Virus record (IMG/VR): IMGVR_UViG_3300022907_000007
Location: 10,743-74,742 of that record
From: a virus
Direction: 5' to 3' (one strand)
Length of the DNA: 64,000 nt
The position numbers and the translations under genes are program-made. The notes beneath the pieces were generated by a model. That model saw only the letters and a list, made by a program, of their open reading frames with translations, had not been told where the DNA came from and did no database searches. Below, in pieces: positions 17,056-27,713 of this stretch. Position 1 is the first letter of the stretch. Every line of letters begins with the position of its first letter.

Positions 17056-18298
17056 TGTTGAGTTGCTTCCTTGGCAACAGGAAGTCTTTAACGATCCAAC
17101 ACGATTCAAGATTGTAGCGGCAGGGCGGCGTACTGGTAAGTCTCGTCTAGCCGCGTGGCAGTTGATTATCTATGGACTGCAAACAAACCGTGGTCATGTG
17201 TTTTATGTTGCTCCGACTCAGGGGCAGGCTCGTGACATTATGTGGTCTACTCTGCTAGAGTTAGCACATCCTGTTATTAAAACATCCCACATTAACAACT
17301 TGCAAATCACTCTTATTAACGGTTGCACTATCTCACTGAAGGGTGCTGACAGGCCAGAGACGATGCGTGGTGTATCCCTAAAGTTCCTTGTTATGGACGA
17401 ATATGCGGATATGAAGCCTAGTGTGTGGGAACAGATCCTACGTCCTGCGCTTGCTGACCAGAAGGGTGAAGCCATGTTTATTGGTACACCGATGGGACGT
17501 AACCACTTCTATGAACTGTATCACTATGCAGAGTTAGGAGATGATGATAGCTACAAGGCGTGGCACTTTACATCATACGATAACCCATTGCTAGACCCTG
17601 AAGAGATTGACACAGCCAAGAAGTCAATGTCTAGCTATGCATTCCGTCAAGAGTTCCTTGCCTCGTTTGAAGCATCAGGCAGTGAAGTATTCAAAGAAAA
17701 TTGGATACAGTTTGATGACGAAGAACCAGAACTTGGTGATTACTACATTGCAGTTGACTTAGCAGGTTTCGCAGATGTGGAATCGGCTACCAAGTCTAAG
17801 AATAAAAAACTTGACCAAACAGCAATTGCAATTGTTAAAGCAAGTGAGAACGGATGGTGGGTAGCGGATATTGTACATGGACGATGGGATATCAAAAAGA
17901 CCGCCAAGAAAATATTCGATGCTGTAGAACATTATCAACCAGTTGCGGTTGGTATCGAAAAAGGGGCATTGAAGAATGCGGTACTGCCTTATCTTACAGA
18001 CGTGATGAAGTCCAAACAAAGATTCTTCAGAGTGGAAGAGTTGACACACGGCAACAAGAAAAAAACTGATCGTGTTGTGTGGGCTTTGCAAGGACGTTTT
18101 GAACACGGACAGATAACATTAAACAAAGGCGACTGGACTGCTAACTTTCTTGATGAGTTGTTTCAGTTTCCCAATGCCCTAGTGCATGATGACTTAGTAG
18201 ATGCTCTGGCATACATTGACCAGTTAGCAAAAGTGTCGTACTTCTACGATTATGAAGAAGACGACTTTGAAATTTTAGACCCTGTAGCAGGATATTAA
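17045..18298 (+). CDS. Terminase large subunit (phage A)
   Basis: AGRRTGKS, VMDEYA, IGTPMGRN, VDLAG, HDDLVDA. Confidence 0.95.
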   Translation: MELNVELLPWQQEVFNDPTRFKIVAAGRRTGKSRLAAWQLIIYGLQTNRGHVFYVAPTQGQARDIMWSTLLELAHPVIKTSHINNLQITLINGCTISLKGADRPETMRGVSLKFLVMDEYADMKPSVWEQILRPALADQKGEAMFIGTPMGRNHFYELYHYAELGDDDSYKAWHFTSYDNPLLDPEEIDTAKKSMSSYAFRQEFLASFEASGSEVFKENWIQFDDEEPELGDYYIAVDLAGFADVESATKSKNKKLDQTAIAIVKASENGWWVADIVHGRWDIKKTAKKIFDAVEHYQPVAVGIEKGALKNAVLPYLTDVMKSKQRFFRVEELTHGNKKKTDRVVWALQGRFEHGQITLNKGDWTANFLDELFQFPNALVHDDLVDALAYIDQLAKVSYFYDYEEDDFEILDPVAGY

Positions 18299-18299
18299 C

Positions 18300-20267
18300 A
18301 TGGACTATGATCATAACCACGAAGACCCCACATCATTAGAAGGTTGGGTTATACACAAGTGCAACCAATGGCGTGACCACTTTGAGTCAAACTATCAAGA
18401 AAAGTTTGATGAGTATTATCGTCTATGGCGTGGCATCTGGGCTGAAGAAGATTCAATGCGTGCATCAGAGCGTTCACGTCTTATCTCTCCTGCATTACAA
18501 CAAGCTGTTGAGTCTGCTGTTGCTGAAGTAGAAGAAGCAACCTTTGGGCGTGGTAAATGGTTTGACATCAAGGATGACTTTGCTGATGAGCAACCACAAG
18601 ACATCCAAGTCTTACGTACTCAACTTGATGAGGATATGACTTTTGCTAAAGCTCGTAAGGCAATTGCAGAATGTTTAATTAACTCTGCTGTCTTTGGTAC
18701 AGGAATTGGTGAAATCATTTTGGATGAAGTCAATGAGCTACGTCCTGCAACTCAACCAATCATGGACGGTGAGATGACAGCCGTAGGTGTGACAGAACAA
18801 CCTCGTACTCTTGTTAAGCTACGTCCGGTTATGCCTCAGAACTTTTTGATTGATCCAGTTGCTACAAGTATTGAAGAAGCATTGGGTGTAGCAATTGATG
18901 AGTTTGTACCTTTACATCAAATTGAGATTGCTCAAGAAGCAGGCATCTATCGTGACGTTGACGTTGCTGTAGCGGCTCCTGATACAGACATTGAGCCTGA
19001 TCAAGATCTAACAATTTACATGGATGATAAGGTTCGTCTAACAAAGTATTATGGTCTTGTTCCTCGTGAGTTATTTGAAGAAGCTCTGTATGATCCTGAA
19101 GGCGAAGACAAACCTACTGACGAAGAACTAGAAGAATACAGCGGATACATCGAAGCAATTGTTGTTATTGCTAATGGTGGTACTCTTCTTAAGATTGAAG
19201 CAAACCCATACATGATGCAGGATCGTCCTGTTATTGCTTTCCCTTGGGATGTAGTACCTAGTCGTTTCTGGGGGCGTGGTATTTGTGAGAAAGGCTACAA
19301 CGCACAAAAAGCCCTTGACACCGAACTACGCGCACGTATTGATGCCTTGGCATTGACTGTACATCCAATGATGGCTGTAGACGCTTCTAGGCTCCCTCGT
19401 GGTGCTAAGCTAGAGGTACGTCCGGGCAAAGCAATCTTGACTAATGGTAACCCTTCAGAGATCCTTCAGCCATTTAATTTTGGTACGCTTGATCCTAATA
19501 CCTTTAACCAAGCGGCTACCCTACAGCAGATGGTACAGCAAGCAACAGGTGCTATTGATGCCGCAGGGATTCCTGGGTCAATCAATGGAGACTCAACAGC
19601 GGCAGGTATTTCAATGTCACTGGGTGCTATTATTAAGCGGCACAAGCGTACATTGATTAACTTCCAAGACTCGTTCTTACTACCGTTTGTAACTAAAGCG
19701 GCTCATCGGTATATGCAATTCAGTCCTGAGTTGTATCCAATCAAAGACTTTAAGTTTGTTGCAAGCAGTTCACTTGGGATTATTGCTCGTGAATATGAAG
19801 TCACTCAGTTAGTTCAGTTACTACAAACTATGAGTCCTGAGTCTCCTATGTATCCAATGTTGATTGAATCAATTGTGGATAATATGAACTTAAGCAACCG
19901 TGAGCAAATCATTGAAGGATTGAAACAGGCTAACCAACCTGATCCTCAACAACAAGAAATGCAACAGATGCAAGTACAAATGGAAATGGCTCAGAAGGAA
20001 GAGACCATTAAAAATATCCAAGCACAAACTGCTGAGATTCAATCGCGTGTACAACAGAATGAGATTGAGTCGCAATTGCTTCCATTGGATGCAGAGACAC
20101 GTCGTATTGCGGTACAGCTTAAGGCAGGCGGTAGTGATGACGTAGATAAAGAGTTTGAGCGTAGAGCTAAACTTGCAGAGCTTGTACTCAAAGAACGTGA
20201 GATTGCAAGTAAAGAAGACATAGTTGAACAACAAATGAGGAAATCTAATGGTAGTTACCAAGCGTGA
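18300..20267 (+). CDS. Portal protein (phage A)
   Basis: Follows TerL; NFLIDP, FWGRG, Gln-rich barrel region. Confidence 0.85.
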   Translation: MDYDHNHEDPTSLEGWVIHKCNQWRDHFESNYQEKFDEYYRLWRGIWAEEDSMRASERSRLISPALQQAVESAVAEVEEATFGRGKWFDIKDDFADEQPQDIQVLRTQLDEDMTFAKARKAIAECLINSAVFGTGIGEIILDEVNELRPATQPIMDGEMTAVGVTEQPRTLVKLRPVMPQNFLIDPVATSIEEALGVAIDEFVPLHQIEIAQEAGIYRDVDVAVAAPDTDIEPDQDLTIYMDDKVRLTKYYGLVPRELFEEALYDPEGEDKPTDEELEEYSGYIEAIVVIANGGTLLKIEANPYMMQDRPVIAFPWDVVPSRFWGRGICEKGYNAQKALDTELRARIDALALTVHPMMAVDASRLPRGAKLEVRPGKAILTNGNPSEILQPFNFGTLDPNTFNQAATLQQMVQQATGAIDAAGIPGSINGDSTAAGISMSLGAIIKRHKRTLINFQDSFLLPFVTKAAHRYMQFSPELYPIKDFKFVASSSLGIIAREYEVTQLVQLLQTMSPESPMYPMLIESIVDNMNLSNREQIIEGLKQANQPDPQQQEMQQMQVQMEMAQKEETIKNIQAQTAEIQSRVQQNEIESQLLPLDAETRRIAVQLKAGGSDDVDKEFERRAKLAELVLKEREIASKEDIVEQQMRKSNGSYQA

Positions 20268-20403
20268 GTTCCAAGAAATCATTGATCAAATGAATGGTAT
20301 CTTGACAAAACTTGACAGCCGTATCAAAGACTTAGAAGATACTAAGACTCCTCGTAATACTAAGCCTGCAAAAAGTGTGCCAAAAGACTTGACAAATGAA
20401 TAA
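20248..20403 (+). CDS. Hypothetical 51-aa coiled-coil protein
   Basis: Manually translated MVVTKREFQEIIDQMN...; GAGG RBS. Confidence 0.5.
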   Translation: MVVTKREFQEIIDQMNGILTKLDSRIKDLEDTKTPRNTKPAKSVPKDLTNE

Positions 20404-20417
20404 AAGTATGGTATAAT
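20389..20417 (+). promoter_or_regulatory. Consensus sigma-70 promoter for the head genes
   Basis: TTGACA-17 bp-TATAAT with extended TG. Confidence 0.85.
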
Positions 20418-20444
20418 ATTTGCTTATAAATTAGGAGAAACTCT

Positions 20445-20678
20445 TTGAGTCCTGAAGAACAAAAGTATTACGAAACTTATTTTGATCTGTTCATGACAGA
20501 TGGTTGGAAACAATTCATCGAAGAGATCAACGAAATTCTTGATAGACATCGTATAGAAGATATTAAGAATGAAACACATTTAGCGTTTGTCAAAGGTGAA
20601 CGCGATGCACTGTTCAGAGTGAGACGCTTTGAGACAGGTATCAAAACAGCTTATGACGTATTGCAGGGGCCGAAATAA
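20445..20678 (+). CDS. Hypothetical protein
   Basis: AGGAGA RBS, TTG start. Confidence 0.7.
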   Translation: MSPEEQKYYETYFDLFMTDGWKQFIEEINEILDRHRIEDIKNETHLAFVKGERDALFRVRRFETGIKTAYDVLQGPK

Positions 20679-20890
20679 TGCTTAGGCGATACGATTATAA
20701 ATGCACCGTATGTAACCATACAGAGGAAGACTGGGCTGACTCGTCAGACTGTGACTTCTCAACCTGTAAGGAATGCGGTGAAACATCAGTACGGATAATC
20801 TCTCCTGTCCGAACACATTTCGTTGGTCACGGTTGGCCGGATAAAGACGATAGGTGGGCTAAGGATCATGAGAGAGCCGCACGTAAATAA
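20678..20890 (+). CDS. FmdB-like zinc-ribbon protein
   Basis: YDYKCTVC...CKECG...RIIS. Confidence 0.75.
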   Translation: MLRRYDYKCTVCNHTEEDWADSSDCDFSTCKECGETSVRIISPVRTHFVGHGWPDKDDRWAKDHERAARK

Positions 20891-20924
20891 CTTTCCATAA
20901 TGCTACGGCACGGAGTTTAACAAT

Positions 20925-21743
20925 ATGGCACGTTTTATAGATGAGAGTCCCGAGTATCAACCAGAAGACGGGGAAGCACTCGCTAACTTAGAAGATGAAG
21001 AGACGCAGATTCCGGAAGAGGAACAACCTGCAGAACCTGAAGAGATTCAAGAAGCACAAGAAGAAAGCATTCCTGAGAAATATCAGGGTAAGGATATCAA
21101 AGATGTTGTCCGAATGCATCAAGAGGCTGAGAAACTTTTAGGTAAACAATCATCAGAAGTTGGTGAGTTACGTCAGATAGTTGATAATTTCGTAAAGACG
21201 CAACTTGAAGCCAATAGCCCACAAAAAGAAGAAGACGAAGAAGACGACATTGATTTCTTTGATGATCCAAAGAAAGCAGTAGAGCGAGCAATTGCGAAGC
21301 ATCCTAAAATTAGGGAAGCAGAAGAAGTTACTCGCGCCATGAAGCAACAGGAGATCCTAAACAAACTCCAACGTAGCCATCCCGATTTCAATGAAATCAT
21401 TCAGGATAGTAGGTTTGGAGAATGGGTAGCGGCTTCTAAGGTACGGACTGAATTGTACCAACGTGCAGACCAACGGTTTGACTTTGACAGTGCTGATGAA
21501 CTTTTAAATACTTGGAAGGAACGTCAGAACTTAGTTAGTGAAACTGTTGAGATGCAAGAGGCTGACCGTAAGCGTCAGTTAAAATCTGCTTCTACTGGTA
21601 CTGCTAAAGGGTCAGGCGAAAAGCCAAGTCGTAAAGTCTATCGTCGTGCTGATATTATTAAACTTATGCAAACAGACCCTAACAGATATCAAGAACTGGC
21701 GGCTGAGATTCGCCAAGCATATGCTGAGGGTCGAGTTAAATAG
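20925..21743 (+). CDS. Capsid scaffolding protein (phage A)
   Basis: Acidic, IPEKY.GK, C-terminal AYAEGRVK; upstream of MCP. Confidence 0.8.
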   Translation: MARFIDESPEYQPEDGEALANLEDEETQIPEEEQPAEPEEIQEAQEESIPEKYQGKDIKDVVRMHQEAEKLLGKQSSEVGELRQIVDNFVKTQLEANSPQKEEDEEDDIDFFDDPKKAVERAIAKHPKIREAEEVTRAMKQQEILNKLQRSHPDFNEIIQDSRFGEWVAASKVRTELYQRADQRFDFDSADELLNTWKERQNLVSETVEMQEADRKRQLKSASTGTAKGSGEKPSRKVYRRADIIKLMQTDPNRYQELAAEIRQAYAEGRVK

Positions 21744-21762
21744 CTATTAGGAGATATTTACA

Positions 21763-22698
21763 ATGGCAAACTTAACCCCCGCAAGTAACAATACCGTTAC
21801 TTTAGCAAACGCGGCTACGTTCATTCCAGAACTGTGGTCAGATGAAATCATTGCGGCGTACAAGCAAAACCTCGTTCTTGCTAACCTCGTAAACAAAATG
21901 CCTATGACTGGTAAGAAAGGTGATACTCTTCACATTCCTAAGCCTGTCCGTGGCGCGGCCAATGCTAAGACAGCGGCTGACACTGTAACAATTCAACAGA
22001 CTGCTAACACAGAAGTTATAATCACTATCGACAAGCACTACGAATACTCACGCTTGATCGAGGACATCACAGAAGTACAGGCGTTGGATTCACTCCGCCG
22101 TTTCTACACTGACGATGCAGGTTACGCTCTTGCTAAGCAAGTCGATGACGATCTGTTCGCAGAGTTGTTGAACGTGTCAAACGATGCAGGTACTGCTGAT
22201 GGTGCTGATGCTACTCAGTCTCACTACCAGATCAACGGTGCATCTGATGTCTTGATTGACTACGATGACTCTACTGCTCTTGAAGCGTTCTCTGATGCGG
22301 CTTTCCGCAACATGATTCAACGGTTGGATGATGCTGATGTTCCTATGGAAGGTCGTGTATTGATTATCCCTCCTGTGATTCGCAACACTATCATGGGCAT
22401 TGAGCGTTACGTGTCTTCTGACTTTGTCAACGGTCGTGGTGTTAACAACGGTCAGATTGGTCAGCTTTACGGTGTTGACGTTTACGTTACATCTAACGCT
22501 CCAACTGTCACTGGTACTACCACTTCTGGTCGTGTCATGACTATGATGCACAAGGACGCTTTCGTTCTTGCAGAGCAAATGGCTGTACGTTCACAGACTC
22601 AGTACAAGCAAGAGTTCCTTGCGAACTTGTTCACTGCTGACACTCTGTACGGCACCAAGGTTCTCCGTCAAGAGAACGTACTCTCTGTTGTAGTATAA
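21763..22698 (+). CDS. Major capsid protein (phage A)
   Basis: FIPELWS, GDTLHIP, DTLYG; followed by a terminator. Confidence 0.9.
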   Translation: MANLTPASNNTVTLANAATFIPELWSDEIIAAYKQNLVLANLVNKMPMTGKKGDTLHIPKPVRGAANAKTAADTVTIQQTANTEVIITIDKHYEYSRLIEDITEVQALDSLRRFYTDDAGYALAKQVDDDLFAELLNVSNDAGTADGADATQSHYQINGASDVLIDYDDSTALEAFSDAAFRNMIQRLDDADVPMEGRVLIIPPVIRNTIMGIERYVSSDFVNGRGVNNGQIGQLYGVDVYVTSNAPTVTGTTTSGRVMTMMHKDAFVLAEQMAVRSQTQYKQEFLANLFTADTLYGTKVLRQENVLSVVV

Positions 22699-22708
22699 AC
22701 AGAGTCCG

Positions 22709-22741
22709 GGGGAGTCTACTCAGGCTCCCCTATCTTATTTC
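22709..22741 (+). terminator. Terminator after MCP
   Basis: GGGGAGTC...GGCTCCCC then TATCTTATTT. Confidence 0.6.
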
Positions 22742-22756
22742 TAACTGGAGAGTGTA

Positions 22757-23929
22757 ATGGCTATCTTTCGTGGTATTGGTGGTGCAGGTGATTCAACAAC
22801 TGACGCTACAGTTACTGAAGTAACTCAGCAAGCAACTAACGCCGCCGCATCTGCAACAGCCGCCTCCTCTTCAGCTTCATCAGCCGCTACTTCAGCAAGT
22901 AATGCGGCAACCTCAGAAAGCAATGCCGCTACCTCTGCAACTAATGCGGCTACCTCTGAGTCTAATGCAAGTACCTCCGCAACTAATGCCGCAAGCTCTG
23001 CTACTACAGCATCGACAGCGGCTACAGCGGCTCAGACTGCTCAGACTGCCGCAGAAGCGGCTCAAACAGCGGCAGAAACTGCAGAGACTAATGCATCTAC
23101 TTCAGCCACGTCAGCGGCTTCTAGTGCAACCTCAGCGGCATCTTCAGCATCTGCGGCAAACACAAGTGAAACGAATGCGGCCACAAGCGAGACAAACGCC
23201 GCTACGTCAGAAACTAATGCGGCTACATCAGCGACTACGGCACAGAGCGCACAGACTGCGGCAGAGGCGGCAAGAGATGAGGCTGTAGCGGCACAAGAAG
23301 CAATTGATGGTTTGTATCTTGGAGCGCAAACATCTGATCCCACATTAGACAATAATGGTGATCCAGTTACTGCAGGTGATTGGTATTACAATACATCCAC
23401 TGGTGTAACTCGTATCTACGATGGTAGTGCTTGGGTTAATGGTGCAGTCTCTACCGCTTCTTTTCTATTAGCGGCTAACAACTTATCAGACCTTACTAAT
23501 GCGACTACAGCACGTACTAACTTAGGTCTTGGTACTGCGGCTACGACAGCATCTACAGACTATGCGACAGCCGCACAAGGTACACTAGCTGATAGTGCTA
23601 CTCAGCCCGGAGACAACATCTCCACATTAACTAATGACTCTGGTTATCTCACTAGCTTCACAGAGACTAACGATCTATCGACAGCGGTCACATGGGCAAA
23701 CGTACCAGACGCTAACATTACGCAGTCTTCAGTCACACAACATCAGGCGGCACTGTCGATCACAGAGTCACAGATCAGCGACTTTGGCACATACGCTACA
23801 TCCGCAGAGTTAACATCAGCAACAGCCAACTCAGGCAACTGGGACACTGCATACTCATGGGGTGATCACTCAGTCGCAGGATACGGGACAACTGACGAGG
23901 CTCTTGCACTCGCAATCGCACTAGGATAG
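22757..23929 (+). CDS. Ala/Ser/Thr-rich tail fibre protein
   Basis: Low-complexity SETNAA repeats, ARTNLGLG motif; homologous to 61181-62668. Confidence 0.75.
   Translation: MAIFRGIGGAGDSTTDATVTEVTQQATNAAASATAASSSASSAATSASNAATSESNAATSATNAATSESNASTSATNAASSATTASTAATAAQTAQTAAEAAQTAAETAETNASTSATSAASSATSAASSASAANTSETNAATSETNAATSETNAATSATTAQSAQTAAEAARDEAVAAQEAIDGLYLGAQTSDPTLDNNGDPVTAGDWYYNTSTGVTRIYDGSAWVNGAVSTASFLLAANNLSDLTNATTARTNLGLGTAATTASTDYATAAQGTLADSATQPGDNISTLTNDSGYLTSFTETNDLSTAVTWANVPDANITQSSVTQHQAALSITESQISDFGTYATSAELTSATANSGNWDTAYSWGDHSVAGYGTTDEALALAIALG
23642..23767 (+). repeat. Near-identical ~125-bp block shared with 62129-62254
   Basis: GGTTATCTCACTAGCTTCACAGAGACTAACGATC...GATCACAGAG with about 4 substitutions. 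Confidence 0.85.
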
Positions 23930-23933
23930 GACA

Positions 23934-24242
23934 ATGGCAAACACGTTCAAGAATTACACATCGGCATCTGTAGGCACATCACCTGTGACGGTCTACACAG
24001 TGCCATCAGCAACCACTGCGGTTGTCATCGGGTGCAACGTAGCAAACCGCACAGCATCGTCCATTACTGTGGATGTACAGCTAGGGTCTACCTACATCGT
24101 GAAAGGCGCACCAGTGCCTGCAGGATCAGCCCTGAGCGTACTGGACGGCAAGATCATTGCAGAGACTACAGAGACTATTGTGGTGACATCTGATACCGCA
24201 AGCAGTGCTGACGTAATCCTGAGTGTACTGGAGCAAAGCTAA
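23934..24242 (+). CDS. Small beta-rich structural protein
   Basis: In fibre operon with coupled starts. Confidence 0.65.
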   Translation: MANTFKNYTSASVGTSPVTVYTVPSATTAVVIGCNVANRTASSITVDVQLGSTYIVKGAPVPAGSALSVLDGKIIAETTETIVVTSDTASSADVILSVLEQS

Positions 24243-25912
24243 TGGCAGGCTATATTGGTAAGGCACAGTCTTTAGCCAACCTATCTGAAGCAGATACTTT
24301 AGATTCTGTAACGGGGCGTGGAGCCACTACAGCAAATGATTTATCGCTAACTGGCGATCTCAGCGTAGACGGCGGCACAATCAAACTGGATGGGAATTAT
24401 CCGGTTGGTACGGAAAACGTAGCTTTGGGTAATGAGGCTTTAGATGCCTTAACTTCAGGTGGTGATTACAACACAGCCCTTGGTTATGCGGCATTGACAG
24501 CTAATACATCCGGGCAAAGAAATACTGCGGTTGGTCGTACAGCAATGTCATCAAATGCTACTGGCTCATATAATACTGCTGTTGGTATGGCTTCACTAAG
24601 TGCTAGTGGTTCTGGAAATTCTAACACCGGACTGGGATATAATGCCTTAGCAAATAATACTACTGCCTCTAACAACACTGCTGTCGGTTTTGAGGCACTT
24701 GTTGTAAACACCACAGGTACACAGAACGTGGCTGTTGGTTATTTAGCATTAGATGCAAACACCACAACAAGTAATAATACAGCTATTGGTGGAAATTCAC
24801 TTTCTGCAAACATAGCGCACAATAATACAGCACTTGGATATAACACGTTTGCTGTCAACACCACAGGCACAGACGGTGTAGCTATCGGTGCATATGCGCT
24901 AGATTCTAATACGACAGGTACAAATAATGTTGGTATAGGACGAGACGCATTAGGAGCAAACACCACAGGTGCATCAGGGACGGCAGTCGGTTATCAGGCA
25001 GGAGGTAGCGTCACTACTGGTAGTGGCAATAGTTATTTCGGGATGCAAGCAGGATATTCAAATACAACAGGGATATTCAATACTGCTGTTGGTTACAATG
25101 CTCTTTATACAAGCACAGCAAGTTACAACACAGCCTGTGGTATGTATGCGCTCAGATATACTACGTCAGGAGGATATAATACTGCTGTTGGTTACAATGC
25201 TTTACAAGGCAATACTACGGCTACATTCAATACTGCGCTAGGTTGGTCAGCATTATCCGCCAGTACAACTGGAGACAGCAACGTAGCTGTCGGAGTATCG
25301 GCATCAGGTAACCTTACGACTGGTTCGCAAAATACTGTTATGGGACGGTATGCAGGTGGAGCAATTACAACCGGAAACGAAAATGTCGTCATTGGACATT
25401 ACGCAGGTGCTTCTGGGACAAACGATTTAACAACTGGTTCGTATAACGTCTTAATCGGAAGATTGGCTCATATGTCCAGTGCAAGTGGGCAAGAGCAAAT
25501 CGTTATTGGATTCAATGCTCAAGGTAAAGGTAACAACACGACCTTTGTTGGTGGCGGTTCAGGTGCTTATCAGGCAAACAATTCATCATCTTGGTCAACA
25601 ACGTCAGATGAGCGTCTGAAAAAGAACATCGTTGATAACACAGATGGTCTAGACAAGATCAATGCCATTCAAGTCCGCAACTTTGAATATCGCACTGAAG
25701 ATGAAATCACAGAACTTGAGCCATCAAATGTCATTCAGATTGAAGGCACTCAGCTTGGTGTTATCGCTCAAGAGATCCAACAAGTTTGCCCACAGATGGT
25801 CAAAGAAGAGTCAACAGGTGTTTTATCCGTCGATACAGACAATTTAGTCTGGTATTTAATTAACGCTGTTAAGGAATTATCAGCCAAAGTCGAAGCATTG
25901 GAGAACGCATAA
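24242..25912 (+). CDS. Tail fibre with NTAVG..AL repeats and C-terminal peptidase S74 intramolecular chaperone
   Basis: ~14-aa repeats; SDERLKKNI...GVIAQE...LINAVKELSAKV. Confidence 0.85.
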   Translation: MAGYIGKAQSLANLSEADTLDSVTGRGATTANDLSLTGDLSVDGGTIKLDGNYPVGTENVALGNEALDALTSGGDYNTALGYAALTANTSGQRNTAVGRTAMSSNATGSYNTAVGMASLSASGSGNSNTGLGYNALANNTTASNNTAVGFEALVVNTTGTQNVAVGYLALDANTTTSNNTAIGGNSLSANIAHNNTALGYNTFAVNTTGTDGVAIGAYALDSNTTGTNNVGIGRDALGANTTGASGTAVGYQAGGSVTTGSGNSYFGMQAGYSNTTGIFNTAVGYNALYTSTASYNTACGMYALRYTTSGGYNTAVGYNALQGNTTATFNTALGWSALSASTTGDSNVAVGVSASGNLTTGSQNTVMGRYAGGAITTGNENVVIGHYAGASGTNDLTTGSYNVLIGRLAHMSSASGQEQIVIGFNAQGKGNNTTFVGGGSGAYQANNSSSWSTTSDERLKKNIVDNTDGLDKINAIQVRNFEYRTEDEITELEPSNVIQIEGTQLGVIAQEIQQVCPQMVKEESTGVLSVDTDNLVWYLINAVKELSAKVEALENA

Positions 25913-26121
25913 TGGAAGAACTCACAGCAGAACAAATCGCACAGCACTACTCAGCCGCTATGGACTCAGTGAACCTGTTGAACGCAGGACAACCAGACGA
26001 CATGAGCGATGATGACTGGGCTGATTGTGTTGCACGAAACAAAGAACACTTACGGATCATGTTAGCTAAGGACTTCTGGACTGATGAAGACCTTACACCA
26101 TTACAGGAAGCGAGTGCATAA
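25912..26121 (+). CDS. Small acidic protein, possible fibre chaperone
   Basis: Coupled to the fibre gene. Confidence 0.6.
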   Translation: MEELTAEQIAQHYSAAMDSVNLLNAGQPDDMSDDDWADCVARNKEHLRIMLAKDFWTDEDLTPLQEASA

Positions 26122-26573
26122 TGTCAGGTTACATCGGAAACATCCCAGTACCACAGGCTACGCAGACTCGTGACAACTTCACAGCCACTGCAAGCCAGAC
26201 TACCTTTGCTACCTCTGGGTACACTCCGGGCTACCTTGACGTATACCTCAACGGTGTACACTTAGACCCTACAGACTACACAGCCGCTAACGGCACTGAT
26301 GTGGTGTTGGCTACTGGAGCGACTGCAGGTGACGTACTATCAGTGGTGGCATTCACTACCTTTGAACTAGCAGGGCCGGCAGGTGCGGGATACTTCCTTG
26401 GTGAGAACGGTGCTACTGGCGACACTACGAATGGCCTAGGTGACATCTTCAGGGTGCATGAGGATGCCCTTGATACTGCAGTGACCATTGCCGCTAACAC
26501 CAACGCATCAGCCACTGGCCCACTGACATTGAATGCGACAGTGACGGTCAACGGCACACTGACGATTGTATAA
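26121..26573 (+). CDS. Tail fibre adaptor-like protein
   Basis: LDVYLNGV motif; C-terminal GPLTLNATVTVNGTLTIV similar to the 62665 product. Confidence 0.6.
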   Translation: MSGYIGNIPVPQATQTRDNFTATASQTTFATSGYTPGYLDVYLNGVHLDPTDYTAANGTDVVLATGATAGDVLSVVAFTTFELAGPAGAGYFLGENGATGDTTNGLGDIFRVHEDALDTAVTIAANTNASATGPLTLNATVTVNGTLTIV

Positions 26574-26582
26574 GGAACTGAG

Positions 26583-27125
26583 ATGGCTTCAGAGCTAATC
26601 GTACAAACACTCAAGGGGCCAACTAGCGGGGCCAATGCGAACAAGGTGATTATCCCGTCTGGGCAGACGTTGGATGCGAGTGCGGGTGGTTTTACTCCTG
26701 CTAGTGGTCAGATTGTTAATCATGAATATTACACAAATAATACTTATGTAAACAATTCTACTGAAACTTTTGCAGACCTTTGGAGTGTAACGTACACACC
26801 AGTTCTTACTCAAAGTCTTATTTACTTTATGTGGTCTTGCGATATTAGAACATCAAGAAGTGGCGGGGCGGATACACGAGCGCATTTACGCACTGTTGTA
26901 GATGGAGCAGGTTACGCAAATAACTATGATATGTCTCACTACGATTATGGCAATAGTGGGGCTTGGCATCACATGATGGTTGCAGTGACAAGTTTTAAAA
27001 ACAATACGGACGGATCGGCTACAACTCATGTATTCCAAGGGCGTACAGCAGGCGGCGCAGAAGTTGGTATAAGTATAACCGCAACTAATACGAGCTACTT
27101 ACACGTCATGGAGATCGCAGGATGA
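26583..27125 (+). CDS. Fibre-tip cassette protein 1 (ends MEIAG)
   Basis: First ~30 aa identical to the 62855 product; body divergent. Confidence 0.7.
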   Translation: MASELIVQTLKGPTSGANANKVIIPSGQTLDASAGGFTPASGQIVNHEYYTNNTYVNNSTETFADLWSVTYTPVLTQSLIYFMWSCDIRTSRSGGADTRAHLRTVVDGAGYANNYDMSHYDYGNSGAWHHMMVAVTSFKNNTDGSATTHVFQGRTAGGAEVGISITATNTSYLHVMEIAG

Positions 27126-27592
27126 CAACACTCTATGTAGACAACATCGCCCCGAATCTCCAGAGTCGTGTATCAGTGCCGGGTCATGTGATTCAGGTTG
27201 TAGGTGCTAATGACATTATTACTGCAACTAACACTAACTCAACAAGTTTTATCGCTACGACACTAGCGGCCACAATTACGCCAACAAGTACATCTAGTAA
27301 AATTTTAGTTACGGCAACATTTAGTGCTACTCAAGACGGTGGCTCTAATGAACAAGCATATGTACAAATTTATCGTGGAGCGTCTAATCTTAGGCCATCA
27401 GGCACTCCACAGTTTATGTATGATCATCCCGGTGGCAACGTGGGTTTCAGCGGGACATATATGTTTTATGATTCTCCTGCTACGACATCCGCAACAACTT
27501 ACACTGTGTATATCAAAGTAAGTGGGTCAGGTTCATTTTTTAGAGCAGTAGCCGGGACAGACACCATCACACTCATGGAGATCGCCGGATGA
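27122..27592 (+). CDS. Fibre-tip cassette protein 2 (ends MEIAG)
   Basis: Close allele of the 63391 product. Confidence 0.7.
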   Translation: MTTLYVDNIAPNLQSRVSVPGHVIQVVGANDIITATNTNSTSFIATTLAATITPTSTSSKILVTATFSATQDGGSNEQAYVQIYRGASNLRPSGTPQFMYDHPGGNVGFSGTYMFYDSPATTSATTYTVYIKVSGSGSFFRAVAGTDTITLMEIAG

Positions 27593-27713
27593 GCAGTATA
27601 ATCAAAGTCGATCAAATCCAACTGGCTGATGGCTCGACACCAACTGCGGGTGATCTTGGGTTGAATGTTACTGGTAGCACTTTACAAACAGTCAACGCTG
27701 TTTTTTCTGGTTC
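27501..27713 (+). repeat. Direct repeat with 63788-64000; may extend beyond the window
   Basis: About 213 bp with 2 mismatches; last 125+ bp identical. Confidence 0.9.

Larger units (their letters stand above)
1..27500. mobile_element. Phage A: podovirus-type genome segment with T7-like replication genes and no visible RNA polymerase; right boundary approximate
   Basis: Divergent replication arm (primase-helicase, PolA, SSB, exonuclease, RNR) and late arm (TerL, portal, scaffold, MCP, fibres). Confidence 0.9.

Noticed and set aside
22840-23300. Tandem DNA repeats here and at 61290-61650
   Set aside because: Explained by low-complexity Ala/Thr/Ser protein repeats with variable codons.
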